The notes below the pieces were generated by a model that was given only the letters and a program-made list of their open reading frames with translations, did no database searches and was not told where the DNA came from. A stretch of DNA of 64,000 bases, from contig JBEKXJ010000024.1 of the NCBI GenBank assembly GCA_049512215.1, forward strand, positions 10,417 through 74,416. Reading direction: 5' to 3'. A program made the position numbers and the translations under genes. Within the stretch, counting starts at the first letter, position 1. Each line of letters starts with the position of its first letter. Below are positions 27,090 to 40,127 of the stretch, in pieces. The DNA is from Solirubrobacteraceae bacterium (GTDB lineage: Bacteria > Actinomycetota > Thermoleophilia > Solirubrobacterales > Solirubrobacteraceae).

Positions 27090-28613
27090 GTGCCGCCAAC
27101 GATCGAGGAGCCAGTCCCAGTGAGCGTCACCCCCAGCGCGCAGTACCGTCTCACGATTCGCGTCAAGCTCGACGAAGCCCGGGGCACGCTGGGAGCAGTG
27201 ACGAACGCGATCGGTGAGGCCGGAGGCGTCGTCGCAGCCGTGGACCTCGTCGAGGTGGACGGGCACCAGAGCCTGCGTGACATCGTTGTGGACGCCTCCG
27301 GAAGGGAGCACTGGACGCGGATCATCGCCGCGATCGAGGCCTCCGCGGGTGCGCAGGTAATCGACACCACAGACCGCACCTTCCTGCTGCACGTGGGGGG
27401 CAAGATCGAGCAGCACAACAAGCACCCGCTGAGGACGCGTGACGACCTCTCGATGGTCTACACGCCGGGCGTGGCGCGCGTGTGCCTGGCGATCGCCGAG
27501 GACGCGGACAAGGCCTTCCAGTACACGATCAAGCGCAACACGGTCGCTGTCGTCTCCGACGGCAGCGCGGTGCTCGGGCTCGGCAGGATCGGGCCCCGCG
27601 CGGCGATGCCCGTGATGGAGGGGAAGTGCTGCCTGTTCAAGGAGTTCGCCGGGGTCGACGCCTTCCCGATCTGCCTGGACACGACCGACGCCGAGGAGAT
27701 CACGCGGACCGTCGAGCTGATCGCCCCTGCGTTCGGGGGGATCAACCTTGAGGATATCTCCGCCCCCCGCTGCTTCGAGATCGAGGAGCGTCTGAAGGAA
27801 CGGCTCGACATCCCGGTATTCCACGACGATCAGCACGGGACGGCGGTCGTGGTGATGGCGGCTCTCCTGAACGCCGTGAAGCTGACCGGCAGGCGCGTAG
27901 AGGATCTGAACGTGCTCATCATCGGCTTGGGGGCGGCCGGGATCGCCGTCACGAAGATCCTGCTCGCGGCCGGGGTACAGCGGATCGTCGGCGCCGACTC
28001 GCGCGGGGCGTTGCACATCCAACGCGAGGACTACCTGGACGGGTCGATGAACACGGTCAAGCGCTGGTTCGCCGAAGTGACGAACCCCGAGTGCCGCTCG
28101 GGCGCGCCGGCCGACGTTATCGACGGGGCGGATCTGCTGGTCGGGGTCTCCGGGGAGAGAGCGATCCCGCCGGAGGCGCTGTCACGGATGAACGATGATG
28201 CGATGGTGTTCGCGATGGCCAACCCCAACCCCGAGGTCAAACCCGAGGAGGCGGCGCCGTACGCGCGGATCGTGGCGACGGGTAGATCCGACTACCCGAA
28301 CCAGATCAACAACGTGCTCTGCTTCCCGGGTATGTTCCGCGGCGCTCTGGATGTGCGCGCGCCCGCGATCACCGAGGAGATGAAGATGGCCGCCGCCCGT
28401 GCGATCGCCGCAATCGTCGACGAGAAGGAGCTGCGCGAGGACTACATCATCCCGTCGGTCTTCAACCGCGACGTCGCCCCAGCTGTCGCCGCGGCGGTGG
28501 CTGAGGTGGCCCGCGCCGCGGGCACAGCGCGGGCGGGACAACAGGTCGGGTTCGCCCAGGGCGACACGATGACGGGCAGCCCTTCGGCCGGCCATCTGGT
28601 CGACGGACGATGA
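27090..28613 (+). CDS. NAD(P)-dependent malic enzyme with N-terminal ACT-like domain
   Basis: GTG start. VYTPGVA, VVSDGSAVLGLG, FGGINLEDI and FHDDQHGTA motifs. About 70-aa ACT-like N-terminus. Confidence 0.88.
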   Translation: MPPTIEEPVPVSVTPSAQYRLTIRVKLDEARGTLGAVTNAIGEAGGVVAAVDLVEVDGHQSLRDIVVDASGREHWTRIIAAIEASAGAQVIDTTDRTFLLHVGGKIEQHNKHPLRTRDDLSMVYTPGVARVCLAIAEDADKAFQYTIKRNTVAVVSDGSAVLGLGRIGPRAAMPVMEGKCCLFKEFAGVDAFPICLDTTDAEEITRTVELIAPAFGGINLEDISAPRCFEIEERLKERLDIPVFHDDQHGTAVVVMAALLNAVKLTGRRVEDLNVLIIGLGAAGIAVTKILLAAGVQRIVGADSRGALHIQREDYLDGSMNTVKRWFAEVTNPECRSGAPADVIDGADLLVGVSGERAIPPEALSRMNDDAMVFAMANPNPEVKPEEAAPYARIVATGRSDYPNQINNVLCFPGMFRGALDVRAPAITEEMKMAAARAIAAIVDEKELREDYIIPSVFNRDVAPAVAAAVAEVARAAGTARAGQQVGFAQGDTMTGSPSAGHLVDGR

Positions 28614-29545
28614 CCCTGCGCGTGACCGTGACGGGGGCCACGGGGCTGATCGGCCCGGCGCTCCTCGCTGCGCTGCAGGCGGACGGCGCGGAGGTCACGG
28701 TGCTCTCGCGCAACCCCGACCGTGCCCGGGCGGCACTCGATGCCACCGGGCCGCCCACACCGGTCGAGGTGCTGCGATGGGACCTGATGAACGAGCCGGC
28801 CCCCGCCGCGACACTTGCCGGGCGCGACGCCGTGGTGCACCTCGCCGGCGAGAACGTCGCGCAGCGATGGACGACGAGCGCCAAGGAGGCGATCCGCGAG
28901 AGCCGCGTGAGGGGTACTGGCCATCTGCTCGACGGACTCAGAGAGTCACAGCCCCGCCCGCGCGCGCTCATCAGCGCATCGGCGATCGGCTACTACGGTC
29001 CGCACGGCGAGGAGCCGCTCGACGAGGACGCGCCTCCCGGCCGCGACTTCCTGGCGGAGGTCTGCGCGGCATGGGAGGCGCAGGCCGGCAGAGCATCCGA
29101 GCTGGGGATGCGTGTCGTCCAGGTGCGCACGGGGGTGGTGCTCGATCGCAATGGCGGCGCGCTCGGAAAGATGCTGGCGCCGTTCCGCCTCGGCCTGGGC
29201 GGCCCGGTCGCGGGTGGACGCCAGTACATGTCATGGATCCACCGCGAGGATGAGATCGGCATGATCCTCGCGGCCATCAAGAACGAGCGCTGGGCGGGGC
29301 CGATCAACGCGACCGCTCCCGAGCCGGTCTCAAACCGCGACTTCTCGCGGGCTCTCGGGCGGGCGCTCGGACGTCCGGCGCTGCTGCCTGTGCCCGGGCT
29401 GGCCCTGCGCATGCTGTATGGCGAGATGGCCGAGATCGTCACGACGGGCGCACGCGTGGTGCCCGCGAAGCCACTCGTGCTCGGCTTTGAGTTCCGTCAT
29501 CCGGAGCTGCAGGAGGCACTCAGCTCCGCGCTCGCGCCCGGCTAG
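28610..29545 (+). CDS. TIGR01777-type epimerase family protein (YfcH-like, SDR39U1)
   Basis: VTGATGLIG Rossmann start and a DUF1731-type C-terminus (VVPAKPLVLGFEFRHPEL). 4-nt overlap with the malic enzyme gene. Confidence 0.8.
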   Translation: MTLRVTVTGATGLIGPALLAALQADGAEVTVLSRNPDRARAALDATGPPTPVEVLRWDLMNEPAPAATLAGRDAVVHLAGENVAQRWTTSAKEAIRESRVRGTGHLLDGLRESQPRPRALISASAIGYYGPHGEEPLDEDAPPGRDFLAEVCAAWEAQAGRASELGMRVVQVRTGVVLDRNGGALGKMLAPFRLGLGGPVAGGRQYMSWIHREDEIGMILAAIKNERWAGPINATAPEPVSNRDFSRALGRALGRPALLPVPGLALRMLYGEMAEIVTTGARVVPAKPLVLGFEFRHPELQEALSSALAPG

Positions 29546-29582
29546 ACCCGGCCCGTGGTGGCCTGGAGCCCGGCGGGGGCGC

Positions 29583-31535
29583 TCAGACGGTCGCGAGTGG
29601 GCCGGCGTCGACGGGGGCGCCTGCGAGCCGGACGGGGCGGTTCTCGGTCTCGATGATAACCCGGCATGGGCGCTTGCTCAGCAGGTAGGCGGCTGTCGGC
29701 CCGATCTGCTGCTCGCCCGCGGGGGCGTGGATGGTCGACCAGTAGATGACGTCCGAGCCGACACGCTCGGCTTCCTCGACCAGCGCCGCGCCGGGGTTGC
29801 GGGTGCGGATCAGACCGGTATGGATCTTGATTCCAGCCCGTCGCGCCTGGATGCGAGCGCTCTCGAGCACCGAGCGCCCCTGGGCCTCCTCGTCCTCCAG
29901 GCCCGCCTCCAGCGAGAGCTGGCTGGGAACAGGTAGGACGAAGATCGCATAGACCACGCCGTCTTCGCCGATCAGCTTGGCGGCGCTGGAGAGAGCGGTG
30001 GCGCTGACGTCGTCGCCGAAAATCGGGACGAGCGCCGTGCGGTACTCGAGCTCCTCGAAGTCCGCGGGGCGCTCGGGGCGAGGGATGCGGTAGTGCTTGC
30101 GCGGGTCAAGGCCCTGACGGCGGCGATAGTAGAGGTAGCCGGCCATCCCCACGATCATCCACGGGATGCCGACGATCCGCGCCTCGCTGTGCAGGGCGAC
30201 CACCGCCACCCAGGCGGCGGCGGTGCCGATGCCGCCGATTACGGCGGTCATCGGGATGTCTGATCCGCGGAAGCGGACGCTCCAGGGCATCCGATAGGGC
30301 CGCTCGCGGTCGGGATCCTTGACGCGGAGCGAGACGACCGCGGCGTGAGCGATCGTGAAGGACAGCATCGCGCCGAAGGAGTAGAGGTTGCCGAGCACGT
30401 TCGTGTTGCCGTACAGAATCAACAGGCCTGCCAGCCCGGAGAAGAACACGAGCGTGAACCAGGGGGTGCGAAACTTGGAGTGCAGCTGCGAGAAGAGACT
30501 TGGCAGCTGCCGGTGCTCGGCCAGCGACCAGGACAGGCGCGAGATCCCGATCATCCCGGCGTTGGTCGCGATGAACAGGATCGTCGCGGCGAGGATCCCG
30601 ACGTAGTACTGGGCCAGATGCAGGACGGTGCCGTGCAGGCCGAGCCGGGAGATGATCCCGAGCACCGGGTCGTTTTGGAACAGGCCACCGAGCCCGGTGG
30701 CAAAGCCGGCGTGCCTGAAATGTTCGCCGAGGGCCGCACTGTAGCCGGCCCCGTGGTGCACGACGGGCAGGGCCGAGAGGGCGACCACCGAGATGCCGGC
30801 GTAGACGCCGAGCACGGCCAGGACCACGAGGTTGACGGCCTTCGGGACCTCGATGCCGGGATCGCGCGACTCCTCGGCCATGTTCGCGACCGTCTCGATG
30901 CCCGTGTAGGCGAGCATCGCCAGCGAGAGCGCGAAGATCAGTTCCTGCCAGCTCGGCACGCTGCCCAGGTGCACCTGGTGTACCAGCAGCGAAGGGTTGA
31001 AGACAAGCACCAGGCCAACCCCGACGAGCAGGGTCTGCGTGCTCAGGTCGAGGATGGCAAGGACGAAGTTGAGCCTCGCCGACTCGCCGAGGCCGCGGAT
31101 GTTCAGAGCCGCAAGCACAGCGACGACGATCAGCCCCCCGAAGATGTCATCGGGGTTGTGGTTGAGCGCGTGCAGCCCCGGGAAGGCGCTCAGGTAGTGG
31201 GGTACGAAGAACGCCGAGATGGCGATCGTGAGGATGTAGTCGAGGCTCAACGCCCAGCCGGCGAAGAACGAGACGACGTCATCGAACGCGTGCCGAGCGA
31301 ACGAGGAGGAGCCGCCGGCTTCGGGGAACATGGCGGCGCCCTCGGCGTAGCTTTTGGCGGTCAGCGCGAAGAGGCCACCGGCGAACACGAACACCAGCGG
31401 GGTGAGCCCGAGAGCGTGGGCCGCGACGAGCCCGAGCGCGTAGTAGATTGAGGAGCCCACGTTGCCGTAGGCGGTCGCGAAAAGGCCGGGGACACCGACC
31501 GATCGGCGCAGTCCATGCTCGCTCAGGCGTGCCAT
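29583..31535 (-). CDS. APC-superfamily amino acid permease with C-terminal universal stress protein domain
   Basis: Internal ATG (MARLSEHGLRR...). About 12 TM segments with GNVGSSIYYALG and FPEAGGSSSFA motifs. C-terminal ~140-aa USP-like domain. Confidence 0.85.
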   Translation of the reverse strand: MARLSEHGLRRSVGVPGLFATAYGNVGSSIYYALGLVAAHALGLTPLVFVFAGGLFALTAKSYAEGAAMFPEAGGSSSFARHAFDDVVSFFAGWALSLDYILTIAISAFFVPHYLSAFPGLHALNHNPDDIFGGLIVVAVLAALNIRGLGESARLNFVLAILDLSTQTLLVGVGLVLVFNPSLLVHQVHLGSVPSWQELIFALSLAMLAYTGIETVANMAEESRDPGIEVPKAVNLVVLAVLGVYAGISVVALSALPVVHHGAGYSAALGEHFRHAGFATGLGGLFQNDPVLGIISRLGLHGTVLHLAQYYVGILAATILFIATNAGMIGISRLSWSLAEHRQLPSLFSQLHSKFRTPWFTLVFFSGLAGLLILYGNTNVLGNLYSFGAMLSFTIAHAAVVSLRVKDPDRERPYRMPWSVRFRGSDIPMTAVIGGIGTAAAWVAVVALHSEARIVGIPWMIVGMAGYLYYRRRQGLDPRKHYRIPRPERPADFEELEYRTALVPIFGDDVSATALSSAAKLIGEDGVVYAIFVLPVPSQLSLEAGLEDEEAQGRSVLESARIQARRAGIKIHTGLIRTRNPGAALVEEAERVGSDVIYWSTIHAPAGEQQIGPTAAYLLSKRPCRVIIETENRPVRLAGAPVDAGPLATV

Positions 31536-31659
31536 CGGCCGGGAGCGTACACGCGTATGCAAAATCCCATGCAGCACAGCCCCGAAGGCAGGAACCCCAC
31601 GTATGATCCCGACGACCCGGGTCCCAGCGATTCCCGGCTCAAGATATGGGAACGGAGAT

Positions 31660-32136
31660 ATGGGAACGGCGCGACGCGGAAACTACGACTCGGGAGAGGA
31701 CTTCGTCCTCGAATACGGCGAGCTGCGGTTCACGTTCAACGAGGAGGATTTCAGCGAGCGCTGCGAGCAGGCGGCTCTCAAGCTGGGCTTCGTCGGGGGG
31801 CGCCTCGGCGAGGAGGAGCTCGAAGACCTTGTCAACCTCGCCGTCAACGGCGAGATCTTCGATCCCGCGTCGAAACTTGGTGAGCATGTCAACGACTGCT
31901 GGCCGGAGCTCGTCGGCCCGGCCGAGAGCTCGCTGGTTCACTGGCTGCGCCGCCTGGTGTTCCGCGGGGCGTGGCTGGATCAGCGCGTCAACGAGGGTGA
32001 GCTGGCCGTCGCGTTCGACGAGCGGACGGGCGGCTTTGCCTACGTCCAGCCAGCCGACAGCCGGTCGGCCGGCAGGGCCGAGCCGATCGAACTGGCACCC
32101 GAGCCATCGTGGTGCCGCGTGGCCTACCGCCGCTGA
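31660..32136 (+). CDS. hypothetical acidic cytoplasmic protein
   Basis: The frame beginning MGTARRGNYDSGEDFVLEYGELRF has normal protein composition. The alternative ORF frames are Arg/Ser-rich. I recognise no family. Confidence 0.5.
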   Translation: MGTARRGNYDSGEDFVLEYGELRFTFNEEDFSERCEQAALKLGFVGGRLGEEELEDLVNLAVNGEIFDPASKLGEHVNDCWPELVGPAESSLVHWLRRLVFRGAWLDQRVNEGELAVAFDERTGGFAYVQPADSRSAGRAEPIELAPEPSWCRVAYRR

Positions 32137-32184
32137 GCTCGACCCTGCCCAGATGAGCAGCGCGCTCGGGGAGGGCCACTGCTG

Positions 32185-33441
32185 CTAGCCGGCGGCCTCC
32201 AGGGCCGCAGCCCGCGCCTTGGTGATCGCCTTGGCCCCATCCTCCCCGACCAGGAGCTCGGGCCTCAGGGTGCCGCTGTTGATCAAGTCGAGTATGGGCT
32301 GACGCCCGGTGGAGGTGAGCGCGACGTCAAGCGCGATCACGGTCGTCTCACCGCCGAACGCCCGCGTGGCGGTGGCAATCACGGTGAGCGAGCCGCCTTC
32401 GCGCAGGTTTCGCGCGGCCACGAGTGCCTTGCGGGCGGCATGCGGGTGCAGGCCGTCGAGGCCGTCGATCAAGACGAGTGCGTCCTTACCACGAGCTGCC
32501 ACGCGCTTGGCGGTATCGATGGCACGCTCGACCGCCTGGCCCTGGAGATCGGCCGAGGCGGCGAAGTTGAGCGCCGTCACCGGCGCCACGGGCCCCTCCT
32601 GCCACTCCGCGATCTCCTCGGGCCGGGCGCCGAGGAGCACGAGCGTCAGCTCGAGATCCTCACGAGTGCTGAGCGCCGCCAGCAGCTTGCGCAGCGTCTC
32701 GGTCTTGCCTGCACGCGGGGCGCCCACGATCACGGCTCGCGAGCCGCGCCCCAGCGGCGTCAGCCACTCGATCGCCTCGAGTGTCGGATCCTCGGACTCG
32801 AGCGCCAGCCGCTGGCTGGGGTAGCTCACCGGCAGGTCCTCGTAGCGAGCACCGTCGGAGACGGCCCCGGCGGAGGCGCCGTTGATGCTGTCGATGCGCA
32901 CGAGCGACGGATAGCGCTCTGAGCGGCGCGGCGTCCGCACCGGCCCGCTCACCTGGTCGCCGGAGACGAGCTCGCAGCGGCGCACTTGAGCCGCCGAGAT
33001 GTAGATGTCCTCATCGGAGGGCTCGGGCGGCGCGACGCGCAGGAAGGCCGAGCCGTTGCCGAGCAACTCGACCACGCCCTCCACCACACGAGCGCCTTCC
33101 TCGTCCCCGGCGTCTGCCGACGCCGACGCAGAACGTGGAGAGGGTGCCTCGCCCGCATCCTCGCTCGCGGCGGAGGTGGATCGGCGCGAGCGCTGTGAAC
33201 GACGCCTGCGAGGCCGCGGAGCGCGCTCCTCCTCGACGTCCGCCTCCCCTTCACCGTCCTTGGCAGGCGTCGTGGCGGGCTGCCCGGAGGCGCTCGCCGC
33301 ATCCGCCGGCTCACCGAGGATCGCACTGATCAGCTCGGCCTTCCGCAACCTCCGAAAGCCGTCGAGCCCAAGCTGATCGGCGATCGCGTGCAAATCGGCC
33401 AGAGGACTCGCCTCCAGCTCGGAGCGCTCGAGTACTGCCAT
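32185..33441 (-). CDS. Rho-like transcription termination factor (divergent, shortened ATPase domain)
   Basis: Domain order:
- Rho_N helix bundle (LADLHAIADQLGLDGFRRLRKAELISAIL).
- Arg/Ser/Ala-rich insert.
- OB-fold RNA-binding region (GVVELLGNGSAFLRV ... DIYISAAQVRRCELVSGD).
- RecA-type domain with Walker A VGAPRAGKT and GGSLTVIATA.

Several canonical Rho motifs are absent or altered (see findings). Confidence 0.75.
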   Translation of the reverse strand: MAVLERSELEASPLADLHAIADQLGLDGFRRLRKAELISAILGEPADAASASGQPATTPAKDGEGEADVEEERAPRPRRRRSQRSRRSTSAASEDAGEAPSPRSASASADAGDEEGARVVEGVVELLGNGSAFLRVAPPEPSDEDIYISAAQVRRCELVSGDQVSGPVRTPRRSERYPSLVRIDSINGASAGAVSDGARYEDLPVSYPSQRLALESEDPTLEAIEWLTPLGRGSRAVIVGAPRAGKTETLRKLLAALSTREDLELTLVLLGARPEEIAEWQEGPVAPVTALNFAASADLQGQAVERAIDTAKRVAARGKDALVLIDGLDGLHPHAARKALVAARNLREGGSLTVIATATRAFGGETTVIALDVALTSTGRQPILDLINSGTLRPELLVGEDGAKAITKARAAALEAAG

Positions 33442-33522
33442 GTGAGGTGCCCTTCTTTCGTCGTGGATGGGGCGGTTGGCGTCCCGGCGCGTTGGACAGC
33501 GCCGGGCACCCGTGGATGCGAT

Positions 33523-34463
33523 TCAGCCTAGCGGCTCGCCGGACGAACCACGGTGATCCGCAGGGGCCGGACGCTCGTGGCGCAGTTCCTCGGCGAGCGC
33601 CAGATCCCTGCTCGGCTCGAGTTCGCCCGAGAGCGCCGCACGCACGATGAGGAAGTCCGCGGCGGGCGACACGTCGTGGATGCGGAAGATGTGCGCGCCG
33701 ATCTCCACGCCGTGAGCGAGTGCCGCGAGCGTGCCCCCGAGTCGCTCACGCGGGGAGCGCCCGGTCAGCGCCCCGATGAAGTCCTTGCGCGAGATGGCCA
33801 TCAACAGCGGGCGGCCAAGCTCGTGCAGGCGCGCTCCTTCGGCCAGCAGGCGGATCGTCTGCGCTGGCGTCTTTGCGAAGTCCGGGCCAGGGTCGACGAT
33901 CAGCTGCTCCGTGGATACCCCTGCGGCGAGGGCTATGGAGATGCGCTCGCGCAGGAAGCCGAGCACGTCCTCCATGACGTCGTCATACAGATCGGGATCC
34001 TGCAACCGCTGGCGCGGCACGGCGCGGGTGTGCATCAGGACGAGCGCCGCTCCCGTCTGCGCGCACAGCTCGGCAAGGCCGGGGTCGCGCAGGCCGCTGA
34101 CGTCGTTGACGATGCACGCGCCAGCCGCGATCGCTTCACGTGCGACCGCCGGCTTGTAGGTGTCGACCGAAACGATCGCCCCGAGCTCGCCCGCCACACG
34201 CTCGACGAGCGGCGTCACACGCTCGATCTCCTCTTGCACGTCCACCGGCCGACGACCCGTGCTCGCCGACTCTCCCCCGATGTCCACGATGTCGGCTCCC
34301 GCCACGAGCAGTTCCCGCGCAAGGTCCACCTGCTCGCCGAGCGTTCGATGGCGACCGCCGTCGCTGAAGGAGTCCGGAGAGGCGTTGACGATGCCCATCA
34401 GCCACGGTCGCTCGCCCAGATCGAGCAGGCGATCGGCGGCACGGAGGCGATAGCAGGGCGCCC

Positions 34464-34467
<4 letters not shown>
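33523..34467 (-). CDS. folP: dihydropteroate synthase
   Basis: GIVNASPDSFSDGG, DIGGES, VSVDT, NDVSG, MH and DPGPDFAK motifs. Confidence 0.92.
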
Positions 34468-36308
<1,841 letters not shown>

Positions 36309-36479
36309 GCCGCGAAGTCTCTCAAGCTCCGTGGATATCCTCCCGGCTTCTCGCTGCTCGGGATCATGATCGCGGTCCTCTTCGTCGGTGGGCGCAACAG
36401 ATCCCTCAGGCCGCCGGGGGGCCGGAAGGCCGCAACCGCTGCAGACGCCTCGCCTGCGGGCCCCCGCGAGCGAGGCGCC

Positions 36480-37949
<1,470 letters not shown>

Positions 37950-37960
37950 CGGCGCTCCGG

Positions 37961-38317
37961 TCACGAGCCGCCGCCTTTTGGAGCGTCCGCGCCGCCCTCG
38001 CGCTCCGAGTCCTGCGCGCTCGGCTTCGGCTTGGACTTGAACATCTCGAGCATGCGATCGGTGACCAGGAAGCCGCCGACGATGTTGATCGTGCCAAACA
38101 TGATCGCGATCACGAGGATGACCTTGTTGAAGGTGCCATTGCCCGAGAGCCCGACGATCAGGAGGCCGCCGAGTAGAACGATCCCGTGTATCGCGTTCGT
38201 GCCGGACATCAGCGGCGTGTGGAGGGTGTTTGGAACCTTCGAGATCACGACGAACCCGATGAAGCCCGCGAGCACGAGAATGGCGACGTTGGTCGTGAGC
38301 GTGCTCGCGAAGATCAT
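37961..38317 (-). CDS. pntAb: NAD(P) transhydrogenase subunit alpha part 2 (membrane)
   Basis: 118 aa with three TM segments. HTPLMSGTNAIHGI motif. Confidence 0.9.
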   Translation of the reverse strand: MIFASTLTTNVAILVLAGFIGFVVISKVPNTLHTPLMSGTNAIHGIVLLGGLLIVGLSGNGTFNKVILVIAIMFGTINIVGGFLVTDRMLEMFKSKPKPSAQDSEREGGADAPKGGGS

Positions 38318-39444
38318 CGGGATGCCTCCAGCGCCGCCTTCGCTCCGGGGTGGACGATCTCGCCGTCGCGCACGATGCAGGCGCCCTTGACGATCTCGTC
38401 ATCAAAGTCCAGACGCAGGGTGCCGTCCTCCCCCACGAACAGATCGAGCAAGGCGAGCACGTTTCGCGCGAACAGCTGCGAGGCGTGCTCGGCCATCGTC
38501 GCTGGCAGATTAAGCGGCGAGACGATCTTCACATCGTGGCGGATGACCGTGTGACCGGGCTCTGTCAGCTCGCAGTTGCCACCCGCCTCGCCGGCGAGGT
38601 CGACGATCACCGACCCGGGCTTCATTCCCTCGACAGCCTCGGCAGTCACGAGCTTCGGCGCTGGCCTGCCGGGTACGAGAGCCGTCGTGATGACCACATC
38701 GAAGCCCTTGATCGCGTCGGTGAGAGCCTGCTGCTGGCGAGCGCGCTCCTCGTCCGTGAGCTCGCGGGCGTATCCGCCCTCGCCGCTCGCCTCGAGGCCG
38801 AGGTCGAGCCACTGGGCGCCCAGCGACTGCACCTGCTCGGCGACCTCCGGGCGAACGTCATAGCCGGTGGTGCGCGCGCCTAGGCGCTTGGCCGTCGCGA
38901 GCGCCTGCAACCCGGCGACCCCGACCCCGAGCACGAGCACCTTGGCGGGCGGGATCGTCCCGGCGGCCGTCATCAGCATCGGGTAGAAGCGCCCCATCTC
39001 CTCCGCGCCCAGAAGCGCGGCCCGGTAGCCGGCGACGTTGCTCTGCGAGGACAGCGCATCCATCGACTGGGCCCGGGAGATCCGGGGGATAGCCTCCATC
39101 GCGAAGGCGGTCGCCTTCGCATCGGCGAGCGCACGCGTGGTTTGGGGGCTCGACAACGGCGCGAGGAAGCCGATCAGGATCGAGCCGGAGCCGAGCCCGC
39201 GGATCTGCTGGGCGTCCGGGGGGGCGATCGTGACGACCACCTCGGAGCGCCACACCTCGTGCGCATCGTCGGTCACGCTCGCTCCAGCCTCGGCAAAAGC
39301 GGCGTCGGTGAGCAGCGCATCCGCGCCCGCCCCACTCTGAACGACCACATCGAGGCCCTTGGCCTTGAGCTTGCTCACGACCTCCGGAACGAGCGCCACC
39401 CGATGCTCGCCCGCCGCAGTCTCCTTCGGAACTCCGATCCGCAT
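38314..39444 (-). CDS. pntAa: NAD(P) transhydrogenase subunit alpha part 1 (dI)
   Basis: Internal ATG (MRIGVPKETAAGEHRVAL). Alanine-dehydrogenase/PNT fold with VLVLGVGVAGLQA. Confidence 0.92.
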   Translation of the reverse strand: MRIGVPKETAAGEHRVALVPEVVSKLKAKGLDVVVQSGAGADALLTDAAFAEAGASVTDDAHEVWRSEVVVTIAPPDAQQIRGLGSGSILIGFLAPLSSPQTTRALADAKATAFAMEAIPRISRAQSMDALSSQSNVAGYRAALLGAEEMGRFYPMLMTAAGTIPPAKVLVLGVGVAGLQALATAKRLGARTTGYDVRPEVAEQVQSLGAQWLDLGLEASGEGGYARELTDEERARQQQALTDAIKGFDVVITTALVPGRPAPKLVTAEAVEGMKPGSVIVDLAGEAGGNCELTEPGHTVIRHDVKIVSPLNLPATMAEHASQLFARNVLALLDLFVGEDGTLRLDFDDEIVKGACIVRDGEIVHPGAKAALEASR

Positions 39445-39509
39445 GAAGTGCGGGAACGTACCCCATCCGATCGACAAGCGGTCTCCCGGGTATGCCAGAC
39501 TTAAGTTTC

Positions 39510-40127
39510 ATGACCGTGAACCTGACCCGCATCTACACGAAGATGGGCGACGGCGGCGAGACGCATCTCGGCGACATGAGCCGAGTGTCCAAGCACGATC
39601 CACGAGTTGAGGCCTACGGGACGGTCGACGAGCTGAACGCGACGGTCGGCGTGGCGCTGCTTGCCCCTGGCCTGCCGGAGGCCTTCGCGGGCTGGCTGCG
39701 CCGCGTTCAGAACAACCTGCTCGATCTCGGGGCCGACCTCTGCGTGCCTCCCGCGGTCCCCGGTTCGCAGTCCAGCGCCGAGCCCGTGCGCCTGCGCCTC
39801 GGGCCCTCCTACACCGAATGGCTCGAGCAGGTCTGCGACAGGGTCAACCGCGAGCTTCCCCCGCTGCGTTCGTTCGTGATCCCGGGCGGGAGCCCCGCGG
39901 CGGCTCACCTGCACATCTGCCGAACCGTCTGCCGGCGGGCCGAGCGCCGGACGGTAGCCGTCGGCGCCGATGTCAACCCCGAGGTCTTGCGCTACCTGAA
40001 CCGGCTCTCGGACTTCCTCTTCATCCTCAGCCGCGCCGCGAACGCGCAGAGCGGCCAGGATGAGAGGTCAGAGCCGCTGTGGAACCCAGGTGCGCCCGAA
40101 CCCGGCTCCGCGCCCGCAGGCCGCTAG
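39510..40127 (+). CDS. ATP:cob(I)alamin adenosyltransferase, PduO type
   Basis: MTVNLTRIYTKMGDGGETHLG N-terminal motif, VDELN, FVIPGG, CRRAERR. Confidence 0.85.
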   Translation: MTVNLTRIYTKMGDGGETHLGDMSRVSKHDPRVEAYGTVDELNATVGVALLAPGLPEAFAGWLRRVQNNLLDLGADLCVPPAVPGSQSSAEPVRLRLGPSYTEWLEQVCDRVNRELPPLRSFVIPGGSPAAAHLHICRTVCRRAERRTVAVGADVNPEVLRYLNRLSDFLFILSRAANAQSGQDERSEPLWNPGAPEPGSAPAGR

